DNA from: Eledone cirrhosa
Lineage: Eukaryota
Direction: 5' to 3'
NCBI GenBank assembly: GCA_964016885.1
Contig: OZ024759.1
Span: 28,272,001-28,336,000 of the forward strand
Length of the DNA stretch: 64,000 bases
The translations under genes and the position numbers were made by a program. Shown here one piece after another: positions 13,964-26,920 of the stretch. Within the stretch, counting starts at the first letter, position 1. Every line of letters begins with the position of its first letter. Below the pieces are notes generated by a model that saw nothing but the letters and a program-made list of their open reading frames with translations, searched no databases and was not told where the DNA came from.

Positions 13964-14440
13964 TAAATTTGAAGACTAAAATCCAAAGAGGGCTCGATAA
14001 GGATAAATATATATCAAATATATAAGAACCGTAGAGCAAATATTTATTAAAATAACAGATTAAAGGTTAAGCAAAGAATCGCTGCTTTCACCCTTAACGG
14101 GATCTTCTGAAACTAACAAAGTCAATCTATAAACGCAGAAGTGGATATTTCAAAAAACGTTGCAACCGGAGGAAGACAGGAAGACGATACTTTGGTTCGT
14201 GGTAACGTTCCCTGGCAAAGAACGTAATTGTTTTTCACCGCTCCTATTAATGACGTATTATATTCGTTTTTCCCCGTTCTTTGTCAGGGAACGTTTCCAT
14301 GAACCAAAGTGTCGTCTTCCTGTCTTCCTCCGGTTGCAACGTTTTTTGTTTACAGATTGACTTTGTTAGTTTCAGAAGATCCCGTTAAGGGTGAAAGCAG
14401 CGATTCTTTGCTTAAACTTTAATCTGTTATTTTAATAAAT
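13964..14440. mobile_element. Second inverted pair of the same pLTR-like family
   Basis: 13964-14223 (-) and 14275-14440 (+) are inverted copies of the 9.3/9.7-kb arms around a different 51-bp spacer. A further fragment lies at 8309-8368. Confidence 0.75.
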
Positions 14441-14509
14441 ATATATATATATATATATATTGTTTATATATATATATAAATCAAATGGATACAGTAAAAA
14501 CATGTTTAG

Positions 14510-14640
14510 AACATTACTCACCAGAGTACTCGATGCTTGGACTAGTAGAGTATGATTATATGAAAGAGTCGGGACCCCAACGGCTGAGCTCTTGCCGTTT
14601 CAACAGCTGGTTCCAGACTAGCTGTTCAAACGGCAAGCGC
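14510..14640 (-). mobile_element. Family B diverged copy
   Basis: CCAGAGTACTCGATGCTT..GTAGAG..GGACCCCAACGGCTGAGCTCTTGCCGTTTC..AAACGGCAAG. Confidence 0.6.
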
Positions 14641-15010
14641 TCACATATCTTTCATTACATATATAAATATATAATATATTTTTACACATATCTTACATAT
14701 ATATTTGTTTTTTGGTTACGTATATAGACATACTTGCCTTTCAACCATTATGTATATGATCAAACAATTATCTTCTTATACTACACCCCATTAAAACCCA
14801 TAGCTTGAATTCTTAAATCTATTTAAAAATATATATTCTATGCTGCTCTTTCTATTTTCCATTATCAGTAGATACACATCACAATATAGTTAGATCTCAT
14901 CAGTGCAACTAATGGACAATTATATTGATGTTTTAAAGGAACATTCAAACTATGTTTATCAAAGCCATTATAAAGAATATGTGTTGAGAAATGTTACAAC
15001 CTTGCAAGGA

Positions 15011-16125
15011 TCTTCTTCTTCTTCTTCTTCTTCTTCTTCTTCTTCTTCTTCTTCTTCTTCTTCTTCTTCTTCTTCTTCTTCTTCTTCTTCTTCTTCTTCT
15101 TTTTCTTTTTCTTTTTCTTCTTCTTCGCTCACTTATTCCTGAGAGAGTCATGGGAACAGAGTCCTCAAACATTCCTTCCAGCGCGTCCTGTCAGAAGCAA
15201 CCATCACCAACTGATCCGGCTGGATCCCCAAGCGTGACCAGCCAAGCTCATGGATGTTATCCAACCATCTTTCTCGAGGTCTATCTCTGGGTCTCTTGCC
15301 GGTTGGTTTGGTTTTGTCCGGAAAATCTGTCCTGCGATTCTCTCCTGAGACATTATAACCACATGCCCATGGTACCAGAGCTGTGACCAGTCAATTCGGA
15401 GATGTAGCGGCTCTACCTGGAGCAACTCTCCAGCAATTCTTTCCTGAGACATTCTAACCACATGCCCATAGTACCAGAGCCGTGGTCTCTCAATTCGAAG
15501 AAGTGGCGTCTCTATCTGGAGCAACTCTCCAGCAATTCTTTCCTGTGTCATTCTGACCGGATGCCCATAGTATCAGAGCTGGAGAAGTAGCGACACTATT
15601 CGGAGAAGTAGCGGCACTATCCGGAGTGACTCCTGTGATTCTCTCCTGGAACATTCTAACCACATCCCCATAGTATCAGAGCTGGTGTACTATCAATTCG
15701 GAGAAGTAGCGGCACTATCCGGAGTGACTCCTGTGATTCTCTCCTGGAACATTCTAACCACATCCCCATAGTATCAGAGCTGGTGTACTATCAATTCGGA
15801 GAAGTAGCGGCACTATCCGGAGTGACTCCTGTGATTCTCTCCTGGAACATTCTAACCACATCCCCATAGTATCAGAGCTGGTGTACTATCAATTCGGAGA
15901 AGTAGCGGCACTATCCGGAGTGACTCCTGTGATTCTCTCCTGGAACATTCTAACCACATCCCCATAGTATCAGAGCTGGTGTACTATCAATTCGGAGAAG
16001 TAGCGGCACTATCCGGAGTGACTCCTGTGATTCTCTCCTGAAACATGCTAACCACAACCCCATAGTATCAGAGCTGGTGTACTCTCAGTTCGGAGAAGTA
16101 GCGGCTCTACATGGAGTGACTCTAT
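15011..16125 (-). mobile_element. Same RTE-like 3'-end family with (GAA)n tail and internal tandem amplification (98-bp units at 15601-16125)
   Basis: Minus-strand ORF ..LRIERPRLWYYGHVVRMSQERIAG.. is repeated. CGGAGAAGTAG recurs at 15601, 15699, 15797, 15895, 15993 and 16091. (TTC)n at 15011-15125. Confidence 0.8.
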
Positions 16126-16508
16126 TTAAATATAATTTCAGCCGTGTTGAGGAAAGCTTCGTTGTATTAGATGTACAATGTACCTCAACTTTGCAAAAGT
16201 AACGTCTAAATGTTATTTCAGCAGGGGGAATCCATTCAAACTGGTATGTTTTTGACTGTTGTGCTATGAGAAATATTCTACGATGTAGACAGATACTACA
16301 ATTTCCGACAAGCAGGCAATGGCTTTTCGTAGACAGAAATAATAGAAAATTGTCTTCATACTTTTATGTATTGTACCAGAATAAGATTTGACATTTTACT
16401 AATGTTAATATTATATTTTCGTATCGTTCTGTCTTTTAACTAGAAAAAAAAAATTTATTCTTCGTTCATTACAAAGTATTGGATGCAATTTCAATTCAAA
16501 AGAATAAG

Positions 16509-16617
<109 letters not shown>

Positions 16618-16693
16618 TGTGTTCCAAACAAATATATACATTGTTTGATTACCTCTACAGACATTTATTAGAATGCTGTTGAAATGTTTATGC

Positions 16694-16749
<56 letters not shown>

Positions 16750-17126
16750 GTGGGAAAGTAAAAAATCGGAGAATAGACCGTTAAAACATGTTTATTTAAA
16801 ATATCACCTACCTACGTTTCGCCCAGTTGGGCTTCTCAAGGGCATAAATAATCACAAGTGTTCCTTATATAGTTCGGAAAGAGTTTTGGGGGTTAAATCT
16901 ACATCAAGATTCATTGCTCGCAAAAATATCTTGTTTTGATTTTGCAGCAGGTCAAGGGAGGTAACTCTGGCCGGTGTTGGGGCAGTCTTTCCCGGATAAT
17001 TTTTTTTTTTTTTTTTTTTTGCCGCATCCGTTTGTCTGAGGCTGGGTCTGGTATGCAAGGATTGTTTTCTGGGTGTTATTTTGCTGCGCCTGCCCGCCGG
17101 GGTGTTAAGACTTATATATATATAAT

Positions 17127-18056
17127 ATACGGCTTCAGAGAGGGAAGATCAACCACCAGTCACATCCTGATGCTGAGGAGGATATTAGAGGGAGCTAGAC
17201 CAAAGTGCCTTCTTGCGGTCATGGTTTTCGTTGACTTTGGGAAAGCCTTTGATTCTGTGGACCGTCACTGCCTGATGAAGATCTTACAGGCTTATGGAAT
17301 CCCCAAGAAAATAGTGGACCTGATATCACTGCTCTACACCAACACCAAACCCCAAGTCATTACACTTGATGGGATGACAGAGTTCTTTGATATACTGGCT
17401 GGAGTGCTCCAGGGAGATACATTGGCTCCCTACCTTTTTATCATCGTAGTGGACTATTGGATGCGCCTTGCACTGGAGAAACACCACGACTCTGGCTTTA
17501 CTGTAGCACCGAGAATACGGAAGATGATGTGGTTGAGAGGAAGAGCAAAGCCTGGGCGGCGTGCCACAGCTTGAGATCGGTGTGGAAGTCGGACCTTCGT
17601 AGAGACCTGAAAATCCGCCTCTTCATTGCTGTAGTGGAGTCTGTGCTGTTGTACGGGTCTGAGACTTGGACACTGACAAAGAAACTCACTCAGATGGTGG
17701 ATGGGTGCTACACAAGAATGCTGAGAATGGCTCTGAACATTAATCAGTATACACTGAGGATGAAAAACTCAGACCTGTATGGGAGCCTCCCAAAAGTCAG
17801 CTCAAAAGTGACACAGAGGAGACTGAGGTTAGCTGGACATGCTCACTGACATCCAGAGTTGACATTGCATTCAGTGCTCCAGTGGTAGCCTCTATATGGA
17901 CACACTAGAAGAGGAAGACCAAGGTTAACGTATGTTGATGCCCTAAGGACAGACACTGGTCTGTTGGAGATGCAGGACATGGCAGTGATAATAAGGGACA
18001 GAGACCGCTGGAGAGAACTCGTCCATGGATCTCGGGAATTTTACCCGCCCTAGATG
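17127..18056 (+). pseudogene. RTE-superclade non-LTR retrotransposon fragment (reverse transcriptase plus C-terminus), 5'-truncated and internally deleted
   Basis: Motifs GFREGRSTTSHILMLRRILE, VFVDFGKAFDSVDR and GVLQGDTLAPYLFIIVVD. After a deletion/frameshift near 17512 (the YADD region is missing): [49 protein letters not shown]. Flanked by (TA)n. Confidence 0.9.
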
Positions 18057-18060
18057 ATAT

Positions 18061-18164
<104 letters not shown>

Positions 18165-18275
18165 GTCCAGTTCCTCAGTGAATTAACAACCCAACAAGGA
18201 ACTGGGCATATCAGAGTATTGACAATATTATACACCTAAACAACATATGTACTTGTCTATACCATACTAATTCAA

Positions 18276-18330
18276 ACTGCCTGAAGAGGTCACAGCCAAA
18301 GATGGCTGTCACTGAAATATATATAGCAGT
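18276..18330 (+). ncRNA. Type I hammerhead ribozyme in a (TA)n-flanked short element (18162-18380)
   Basis: Stem I ACTGC/GCAGT, CTGAAGA, stem II GGTCACAGCCA-aaga-TGGCTGTCACT, GAAA, palindromic (AT)n stem III, AUA site, followed by AATAAA. Confidence 0.75.
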
Positions 18331-18374
18331 AATAAACGAAGCTAAATTTTAATCATTTGACTTTTATTTAACTT

Positions 18375-18437
<63 letters not shown>

Positions 18438-18478
18438 GTATATATATATGTATATATATATTATATATATAAATATAT

Positions 18479-18511
<33 letters not shown>

Positions 18512-18534
18512 ATATATTATATATATATATACTT

Positions 18535-18565
<31 letters not shown>

Positions 18566-18570
18566 TTATA

Positions 18571-18614
<44 letters not shown>

Positions 18615-18649
18615 ATATATTATATATATATATACTTATATTTCATATA

Positions 18650-18693
<44 letters not shown>

Positions 18694-18724
18694 ATATATT
18701 ATATATATATATACTTATATTTCA

Positions 18725-18758
<34 letters not shown>

Positions 18759-19198
18759 CACGTAGGCGTATCCCTGTAGAAAAATCCCAGCACGTTCATC
18801 TGCCATACAGATATACTACAGATATACCTTAATTATGAGATAGAAGCTGTTAAGATCTCCTTCTCTTTTATTCAATATATCTGTTTAAGTCTAACATATT
18901 GAAGTAATCTTCACATCTATTATTGAATATTAGAAAATATTTGCTTATATAAGTTTTATATGTTTTTCTTATTGTTCAATGATTGTGAAGCATCGCAAAT
19001 GGGCTACTTCATTTGCTGACATCCTAAAATCACTTCTGACTATTATCTCACTTGCGTTCTAGAAGAAATTTCGTTATGTCTTATGGATTAATATTATCGC
19101 TAACATTTTTATATCATCATATCATATATATATTAGTTTATATATATATGTGTGTGTGTGCGTATATACATATATATATATAGACATATATAAATATA

Positions 19199-19231
<33 letters not shown>

Positions 19232-19245
19232 GTAGACATATATAA

Positions 19246-19328
<83 letters not shown>

Positions 19329-19469
19329 TATATACATACATATAAAGACACACACACACATATATATATATATATGTATATATATAGTGAAAAATAGAAC
19401 GGGAACAAAACAGAGAGGCAGTACGAACAAAGGTATATATATATATATATATACATATGTATATATATT

Positions 19470-19558
<89 letters not shown>

Positions 19559-19844
19559 GTATAGGCATATGCAGTAGTGCATATATATATATACAGTCGA
19601 TTTCTGTCATTATATTCCATTCAGTACACACTGTATATAAGTCAAATTTTCAACCTGAAAACGCTTATAAAGTTTCCCTCTAAATTACGTTAAATCTCCA
19701 AAACTGATTTTTTATTCAATTATTTTGAGTCTCATTAATCACTCGTCGTGAAGGAAGAATTTTCATATTTTCACTGGAACTCGAAATATTTATTTATTTA
19801 TATAATCACTGTACACAACACACACACATATATATATATATATG

Positions 19845-19897
<53 letters not shown>

Positions 19898-19915
19898 TCA
19901 TATATATATATATTC

Positions 19916-19983
<68 letters not shown>

Positions 19984-19984
19984 G

Positions 19985-20034
<50 letters not shown>

Positions 20035-20040
20035 TATATG

Positions 20041-20458
<418 letters not shown>

Positions 20459-20604
20459 ATATATATATATATATTTATATATATGTATATATAAATATAT
20501 GCACAGAGATTTGTATAAATATATATATATACATATATATAAATATATATATATATATATTTATATTTATAAATATATATATATATGTATATACATATAT
20601 ATAA

Positions 20605-20692
<88 letters not shown>

Positions 20693-20777
20693 AATAAATA
20701 TATATATATATATATTTATATATATATGATAAATTCTCGGCAACCCACGCCCCCCCACACACAAATGTATATATACA

Positions 20778-20861
<84 letters not shown>

Positions 20862-20931
20862 CAATACTTTCACACTCATATATATACACTCAGACACACA
20901 CAGATATATAATCAATACTTTCACACATACC

Positions 20932-21026
<95 letters not shown>

Positions 21027-21311
21027 GTTGTTTATATTTATATATATGATGTATGTATTTCTCGAATTCACGATGATGTATTTTCTTGCAGCTGTTTACA
21101 ATAGCGCTCAATAGATTCACATATAGCATAACAAACATTAATAAAACGTTTTATAATATCCCTCTGACATTTGTTTAGAAACTCTGAAGAAAATGCTGAT
21201 AAGCCATACCCAATTTCCCATGCAATGAAAACAGATTACCTTTAATTATTGAGTTCACATCTAGCTGACGTAAATTTCTCTGTTCACCCTTTGTAGTTCG
21301 ATAAATACGCA

Positions 21312-21880
21312 AATTGGCAGAGTCGTTGGCACGTCGGATAGATTGCTTTGTATTATTCGTTCCGGCTATCTGCTCTTTGAGTTCAAATCCTGCCGAGGTC
21401 GACCTTGCCTTTCATATTTTCGATGTTGATGAAAAAAAGTACCAGTCTAGTACTGGGGTCGATTCTTCCTCTATAGCGCTTTCTCATTTCATCTCTCTCA
21501 CTTTCTATATCTCTCTGGAAGAAATCTGCTGTTGTTGTGTCTAGTTAGGGATGGGCTCCGCCAGGCGTAAAATGCCCAAGAAACGACATATGTCAATACG
21601 GCGTCCCTACGACTCTATCAGGAGTTACGGGATCATACAATACAATACAAATATCTGAGTTCATTTCCTATGTTGATAAAAAGGTACCAGTCTTGTACTG
21701 AGGTAGATTTGTCTTCCGTATCTCTTCCTCATTTCCATTCTTTCACTCTGTTCTTCTCTGGAAAAAAAAATCTACTGGAGAGGGAATGGGCTCTATCAAA
21801 TTTAAAATGCCCCGAAAATGCCATATGCCACTAGGAGACCCATTGACTCCATCTGGCATTAAGAGACTATACTATATAAT
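21312..21880 (+). mobile_element. SINE subfamily with extended 3' region and (ATACA)n tail; two tandem copies
   Basis: SINE head and body followed by GGCTCCGCCAGG..AAAATGCCC..CCCTACGAC..GGGATCATACAATACAATAC. The same extension occurs at 63270-63612. Confidence 0.65.
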
Positions 21881-22819
21881 AAAGTATCAGTTAAATACTG
21901 GAGTCAATATTATCACCTCCACCTTCTCGAAGACATATTTACTTTTGTGCCAATGTTAAAAATCTATAGAAGCCATTATTCTTGGTGAGGTAAAGTTACC
22001 CGGTATTTTTGTGGCAATATTTTGGTTGGATCTGACGTGTTTCTCCATCCTTCAATATTGGTCATATAAGAGAAGTTTCCTCGATATAGAATCGAAACAG
22101 AATCACAGTTGTATCTCTTGTGAAACATATCTCTTGTTCTACATATCTCACCACTTAGAGGAACTAATAATATTATCGAAATTTCACAAGAGATAATAGA
22201 TATTATTTTTATCAAGAGGATATGAGAAAGATCTAGAAGATAATCGTACCAAGAGTTAAAAAGGTTATATACAATAAACAAAGAGGGAGGCAATAAAAAA
22301 TAAATACGATAAAAATACAAAATAAAGAGAAACAAAAAGATATAACACAAACAAAAGGAGATAAATTAGATTATAAACTTGGTACATTCCAGCAGGTGTT
22401 GAATATATCTCTTGTGGAAACTTTAATGTTGCTTCTAAGAACATTTTTAAAATATATTTCTAGAGGGAGTCATTCTATTGAAATACCACCTAATGGTTGT
22501 ATATGAGATAAAATAATGAAATATATAGAATGAAATAGAAATAAAAACGAAATTCAATGTGCCAAGATGGAGCTAATACTATTTATTTATGTTTTATTTG
22601 CTAGAGGTGTAAACAAAGTGAGAGAAAATCAAGGGAGTTTCTTTTATGAAAATTATGTTATATATTCAGATTATTTGAAAGAATATTTGGTGATACAAAG
22701 AATATAATTTGTTGGTGGCTCAACAATTGAAATCTCCAGAAAGATAAAGACAAAAACCAGGGAAATTTTAAAATTGAATTTTAAATCCCTTGATTGAGAC
22801 AAAAATGTTTTGAGGGGTG

Positions 22820-23550
22820 TTTTCTCTCTCTCTCTCTCTTTCGTTCTTTCCTTTTCTTCCCTTCTCTCTCTCTCTCTCTCTTTCTTTCTTTCCTTCTCTC
22901 CCCTTCTCTCTCTCTCTCTCTCTCGCTCTCTTTCGTTCGTTCCTTCTCCCCCTTCTCTCTCTCTTTCGTTCTTTCCTTCTCTCCCATTCTCTCTGTTTCT
23001 TTCTTTCCTTCTATCCCCTTCCCCTTCCCCTTCTCTCTCTCTCTCCCCTTCTCTCTCTCTCTTTCATTCTTTTCTCCTATCCCCTTCTCTCTTTCTTTCT
23101 TTCCTTCTCCCCATTTCTCTCTTTCTCTCTTTCTTTCTTTCCTTCTCTCCCTCTCTCTCTCTCTCTCTCTTTCTTTCTTTCCTTCTCTCCCTCTCTCTCT
23201 TTCTTTCTTTCTTTCCTTCTCTCCCTCTCTCTCTTTCTTTCTTTCCTTCTTTCCCCTTCTCTCTCTCTCTTTCGTTCTTTCTTTCTCTCCCCTTCCCTAT
23301 CTCTCTTTCTTTCTTTCCTTCTCTCCTCTTCTCTCTCTCTCTCTCGTTCTATTTCCTTCTTTCTCTCGTCCTCTCTCTTTAAAAGACATAACTACAAAAG
23401 CAGTAACAACAATACCAACAGCATCAAGAATTAGAGTAACTCTCATTCTCTCTCTCTCGCTCGCTCACTCTCTTTCTCTCTCTCTCTCTTTCTCCCCTTC
23501 TCTCTCTCTCTCTCTCACTCCCCCTCTCTCACTCCCTTCCCCTCTATCTA
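22820..23550. repeat. Polypyrimidine (CT/CTTT) low-complexity tract
   Basis: Almost only C/T on the + strand; similar tracts at 47100-47220 and 59285-59600. Confidence 0.9.
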
Positions 23551-23759
23551 ACAGAAATAACCACCACAGCAGTAGCAGCAACAACATAAAAAAAAGTACA
23601 GCAACAAGAAATCTAAGTAAATTATCTTTTAATAATTCTCCTCATTGATCTCTGGCCATACCTTGAAACGCACCATCGATCTACCTGATTACGTTTTTCT
23701 GCTTAGTACTCATTATAGTTCTTGAAAATGTAGTCTCACACACACACGCGCGCACACAA

Positions 23760-23799
<40 letters not shown>

Positions 23800-24066
23800 G
23801 TGAAGGTGCATGGCTTAGTGGTTACAGCATTGGGCTTGCAATCGAAAGGTTGTGAGTTCAATTCTCAGACTGGGTGATGTGTTGTTTCCTTGAGCAAGAC
23901 ACTTTATTTCACGTTGCTCCAGTTTACTCAGCTGTAGAAATGAGATGAGGAGGTACCGGCCTGCCCACCCAGCCAGTGGGATGGCGTTATCTTATGGCTA
24001 AAACAGCACGATGTGCTGTGACCAGCGGCACCGAATGGTCGCCCAACAGACTGGTCGGTCAAGGTG
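23800..24066 (+). mobile_element. tRNA-derived SINE
   Basis: A box TGGCTTAGTGG, B box GAGTTCAATTC, then the conserved core TCCTTGAGCAAGACACTTTATTTCACGTTGCTCCAG. Confidence 0.8.
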
Positions 24067-24096
24067 ATATATATATATGTATGTATATATATATAT

Positions 24097-24220
24097 AACA
24101 AGGAACAAAGAGGGTGTGGTAAGATACCAGGTGGACCATAACGTACCAGAGCACTCAATACGTTCGGATCTAGCCGTCGAAACTGCCGGAGCTGAACCGT
24201 CGGGGCCCTGACTATTTTCA
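24097..24220. mobile_element. Family B copy with inversion
   Basis: Reverse-oriented tail joined to GGATCTAGCCGTCGAAACTGCCGGAGCTGAACCGTCGGGG. Confidence 0.65.
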
Positions 24221-24244
24221 TATATATATATATATATATATATA

Positions 24245-24422
24245 GGAATTTGTTTTTGCAAAGTTTTTGATATGAAATTGTGTGTCGAAACAAATATTGT
24301 TATACTTGGGGAGGGTCATATTGTTATAATATTGCCAGAAATAATAACACACAGTGAGTGTGTTCTGTTATTATTTCTGTCAATAATACAACAATATGAC
24401 CCTCCCCAAGTATAACAATATA
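24245..24422. repeat. Family C palindrome-plus-tail
   Basis: ATATTGTTATACTTGGGGAGGGTCATATTG...CAATATGACCCTCCCCAAGTATAACAATAT inverted arms. Confidence 0.8.
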
Positions 24423-24499
24423 TATATGTGTGTGTGTGTATATTAAGTATACTTTTATCAAGTCCTCTCTAGATTTTGGTCTTTGTGTGTAAGTATATA

Positions 24500-24610
24500 T
24501 ATATTAATAAAAGGAATTCCAACTTTGTCTGATTTACTCGAGTAAATCAGACAAAGTTGTAATTCCTTTTATTAATATAATCTTCTATACACAATCATAC
24601 ACACCCGAGA
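24500..24610. repeat. Family D palindrome-plus-tail; longer copy at 50855-51045 carries a decayed hammerhead
   Basis: Palindrome centred on CTCGAG (24537-24542). The same sequence occurs at 50855-50925 and continues to minus-strand GAAC-CTGAAGA-TTGC-gaaa-GCAT-GAAAGTAGTT-GTTC (51006-51042). Confidence 0.7.
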
Positions 24611-24619
24611 GTATATTTA

Positions 24620-24682
<63 letters not shown>

Positions 24683-24684
<2 letters not shown>

Positions 24685-25390
24685 CGGGTAAAATTCCCGA
24701 GATCCATGGACGAGTTCTCTCCAGCGGTCTCTGTCCCTCATTATCGCTGCAATGTCCTGCGTCTCCAACAGACCAGTGTCTGTCCTTTGGGCATCAACAT
24801 ACGTTAACCTTGGTCTTCCTCTTCCAGTGTGTCCATGTAGGGGCTCACAAATACAGTGAAGGAGGCAGAAGATTTGATGCGGGAGGTTGAGACTGTGTCG
24901 ATGAGTGTGGGGCTGAGAATGAATGAGACTAAAACAAAATATCTGGTAGAGAATGTTGAGAAGCCAGAGGGGATCACTAATGTAGGCGGGAAGCCGCTGG
25001 AATTGGTTGAGGACTTCCTGTATTTGGGAGCAAAGATTGGGAATACGGAAGATGATGTGGTTGAGAGGAAGAGCAAGGCCTGGGCGGCGTGCCACAGCTT
25101 GAGATCGGTGTGGAAGTCAGATAGACCTGAAAATCCGCCTCTTCATTGCTGTAGTGGAGTCTGTGTTGCTGTATGGGTCTGAGACTTGGACACTGACCAA
25201 GAAACTCACTCAGATGGTGGATGGGTGCTACACGAGAATGCTGAGGATGGCTCTGAACATTAATCAGTATACACTGAGGATGAAAAACTCAGAGCTGTAT
25301 GGGAGCATCCCAAAAGTCAGCTCAAAAGTGACACAGAGGAGACTGAGGTTAGCTGGACATGCTCACCGACATCCAGAGTTGACATTGCAC
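24683..25390. pseudogene. Second copy of the same RTE family with a 5' inversion
   Basis: 24849-25390 (+) encodes VGLRMNETKTKY..LELVEDFLYLG..ESVLLYGSETWTL..RLRLAGH. 24683-24848 is the adjacent downstream 3' end in reverse orientation. (TA)n on both sides. Confidence 0.88.
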
Positions 25391-26324
25391 TATATATATA
25401 TATATATATATATATAAACAACAGCGACACATATCATTTTTTAAGAATAATATCGTCACAGCTGTTCACGTCTTTTTTTTTTTTTTTTTTGTTCTTTTTC
25501 GATATTCATCCTGGTGGCTTCAAATTAAATAAATCCAATATTTTACTTTAGGAAACAATGTGTATTGACAAACGAGAAATGGTTTTCTTTTTCTTAGTAA
25601 GCTAGTGTTGTTATCTCATGCTACCTAACTAAAGTGGCGCTGTGCTTATATTTAACTAGGATTTTTGTTTTCAACACGCTGTATGTATACACGTGTGTAT
25701 ATGTGTGTGCGTGTGTATATGTGCGTGTGTGTGTACATGTGCATATGCATACATATATATGTATGAGTATATAAATATAAACGCAGACACATTTACAAAA
25801 CTACACACTCACAGACATACATTGACACAAACACACACATACATTCACACAAGCACACACATACATTCACACAAGCACACACATACATTCACACAAGCAC
25901 ATACACACATATACAGTGTGCGTATGTGCATAAGCATGCATTTATATGTGTGAGTATATAAATATAAATTCACACAAACACGCGCACACACACACACACA
26001 CATACATTTGCACAAACATACACATACACTCACACACAAGGTAGCAAATGGAACGCCAACCGTTATTTTGCTATAGTTTTTGTTACCACCCTCATCCTTC
26101 CTTTTACGCACTCATAGATTCACACAAACACACTCACACACATATTGTGTGACGGACGGAATTCCCTCAAATTTATAAATAGATTTTATAACTCTTTACT
26201 CTGTGTGTGTGGTCTTCGTGGTGGTGGTGCCGATGGTGGTAGTGCTTGTGTTGGTTAAGATGTCTGTGATGATGGTGGTGGTGGTGGTGTTTGTGATATC
26301 GGGTGAGAGCTGTGATGTTGGTGG

Positions 26325-26920
26325 TGGAAGAACTGAGTGGTGGTTGTGTGGGTGGATGTTGTGGGTGGCGGAAGAATTGAGCGGTGGTTGTGTTGGTGGT
26401 GATGTTGGTTGGTTAAAAAATTGAGCGGTGGTTGTGGTGGCGGAAGAATTGAGCGGTGGTTGTGTTGGTGGATGTTGTGGGTGGCGGAAGAATTGAGCGG
26501 TGTTGTGTTAGTGGTGATGTTGTCGGTGGCGGAAGAATTGAGCGGTGGTTGTGTTGGTGGATGTTGTGGGTGGTGGAAGAATTGAGCGGTGGTTGTGTTG
26601 GTGGATGTTGTGGGTGGTGGAAGAATTGAGCGGTGGTTGTGTTGGTGGATGTTGTGGGTGGTGGAAGAATTGAGCGGTGGTTGTGTTGGTAGAAGAACTG
26701 AGCGGTGGTTGTGTTGGTGGTGATGTTGATTGGTTAAAAAATTGAGCGGTGGTTGTGGTGGCGGAAGAATTGAGCGGTGGTTGTGTTGGTGGATGTTGTA
26801 GGTGGTGGAAGAATTGAGCGGTGGTTGTGTTGGTGGATGTTGTCGGTGGCGGAAGAATTGAGCGGTGGTTGTGTTGGTGGATGTTGTCGGTGGCGGAAGA
26901 ATTGAGCGGTGGTGTGTTGG
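26325..26920. repeat. About 45-bp G/T-rich minisatellite
   Basis: Unit approximately GGAAGAATTGAGCGGTGGTTGTGTTGGTGGATGTTGTGGGTGG(C/T). Confidence 0.9.

Noticed and set aside
16936-17126. N-terminal part of the 212-aa RT ORF
   Set aside because: It belongs to a separate upstream element and poly-T; RT similarity only starts at about 17127.
21976-22200. Possible host exon (minus-strand ORF ..CRTRDMFHKRYNCD..)
   Set aside because: No recognisable domain or clear splice pair; would need RNA-seq or BLASTX.
23800-23875. tRNA gene
   Set aside because: It has A and B boxes but no proper cloverleaf and continues into a SINE core.
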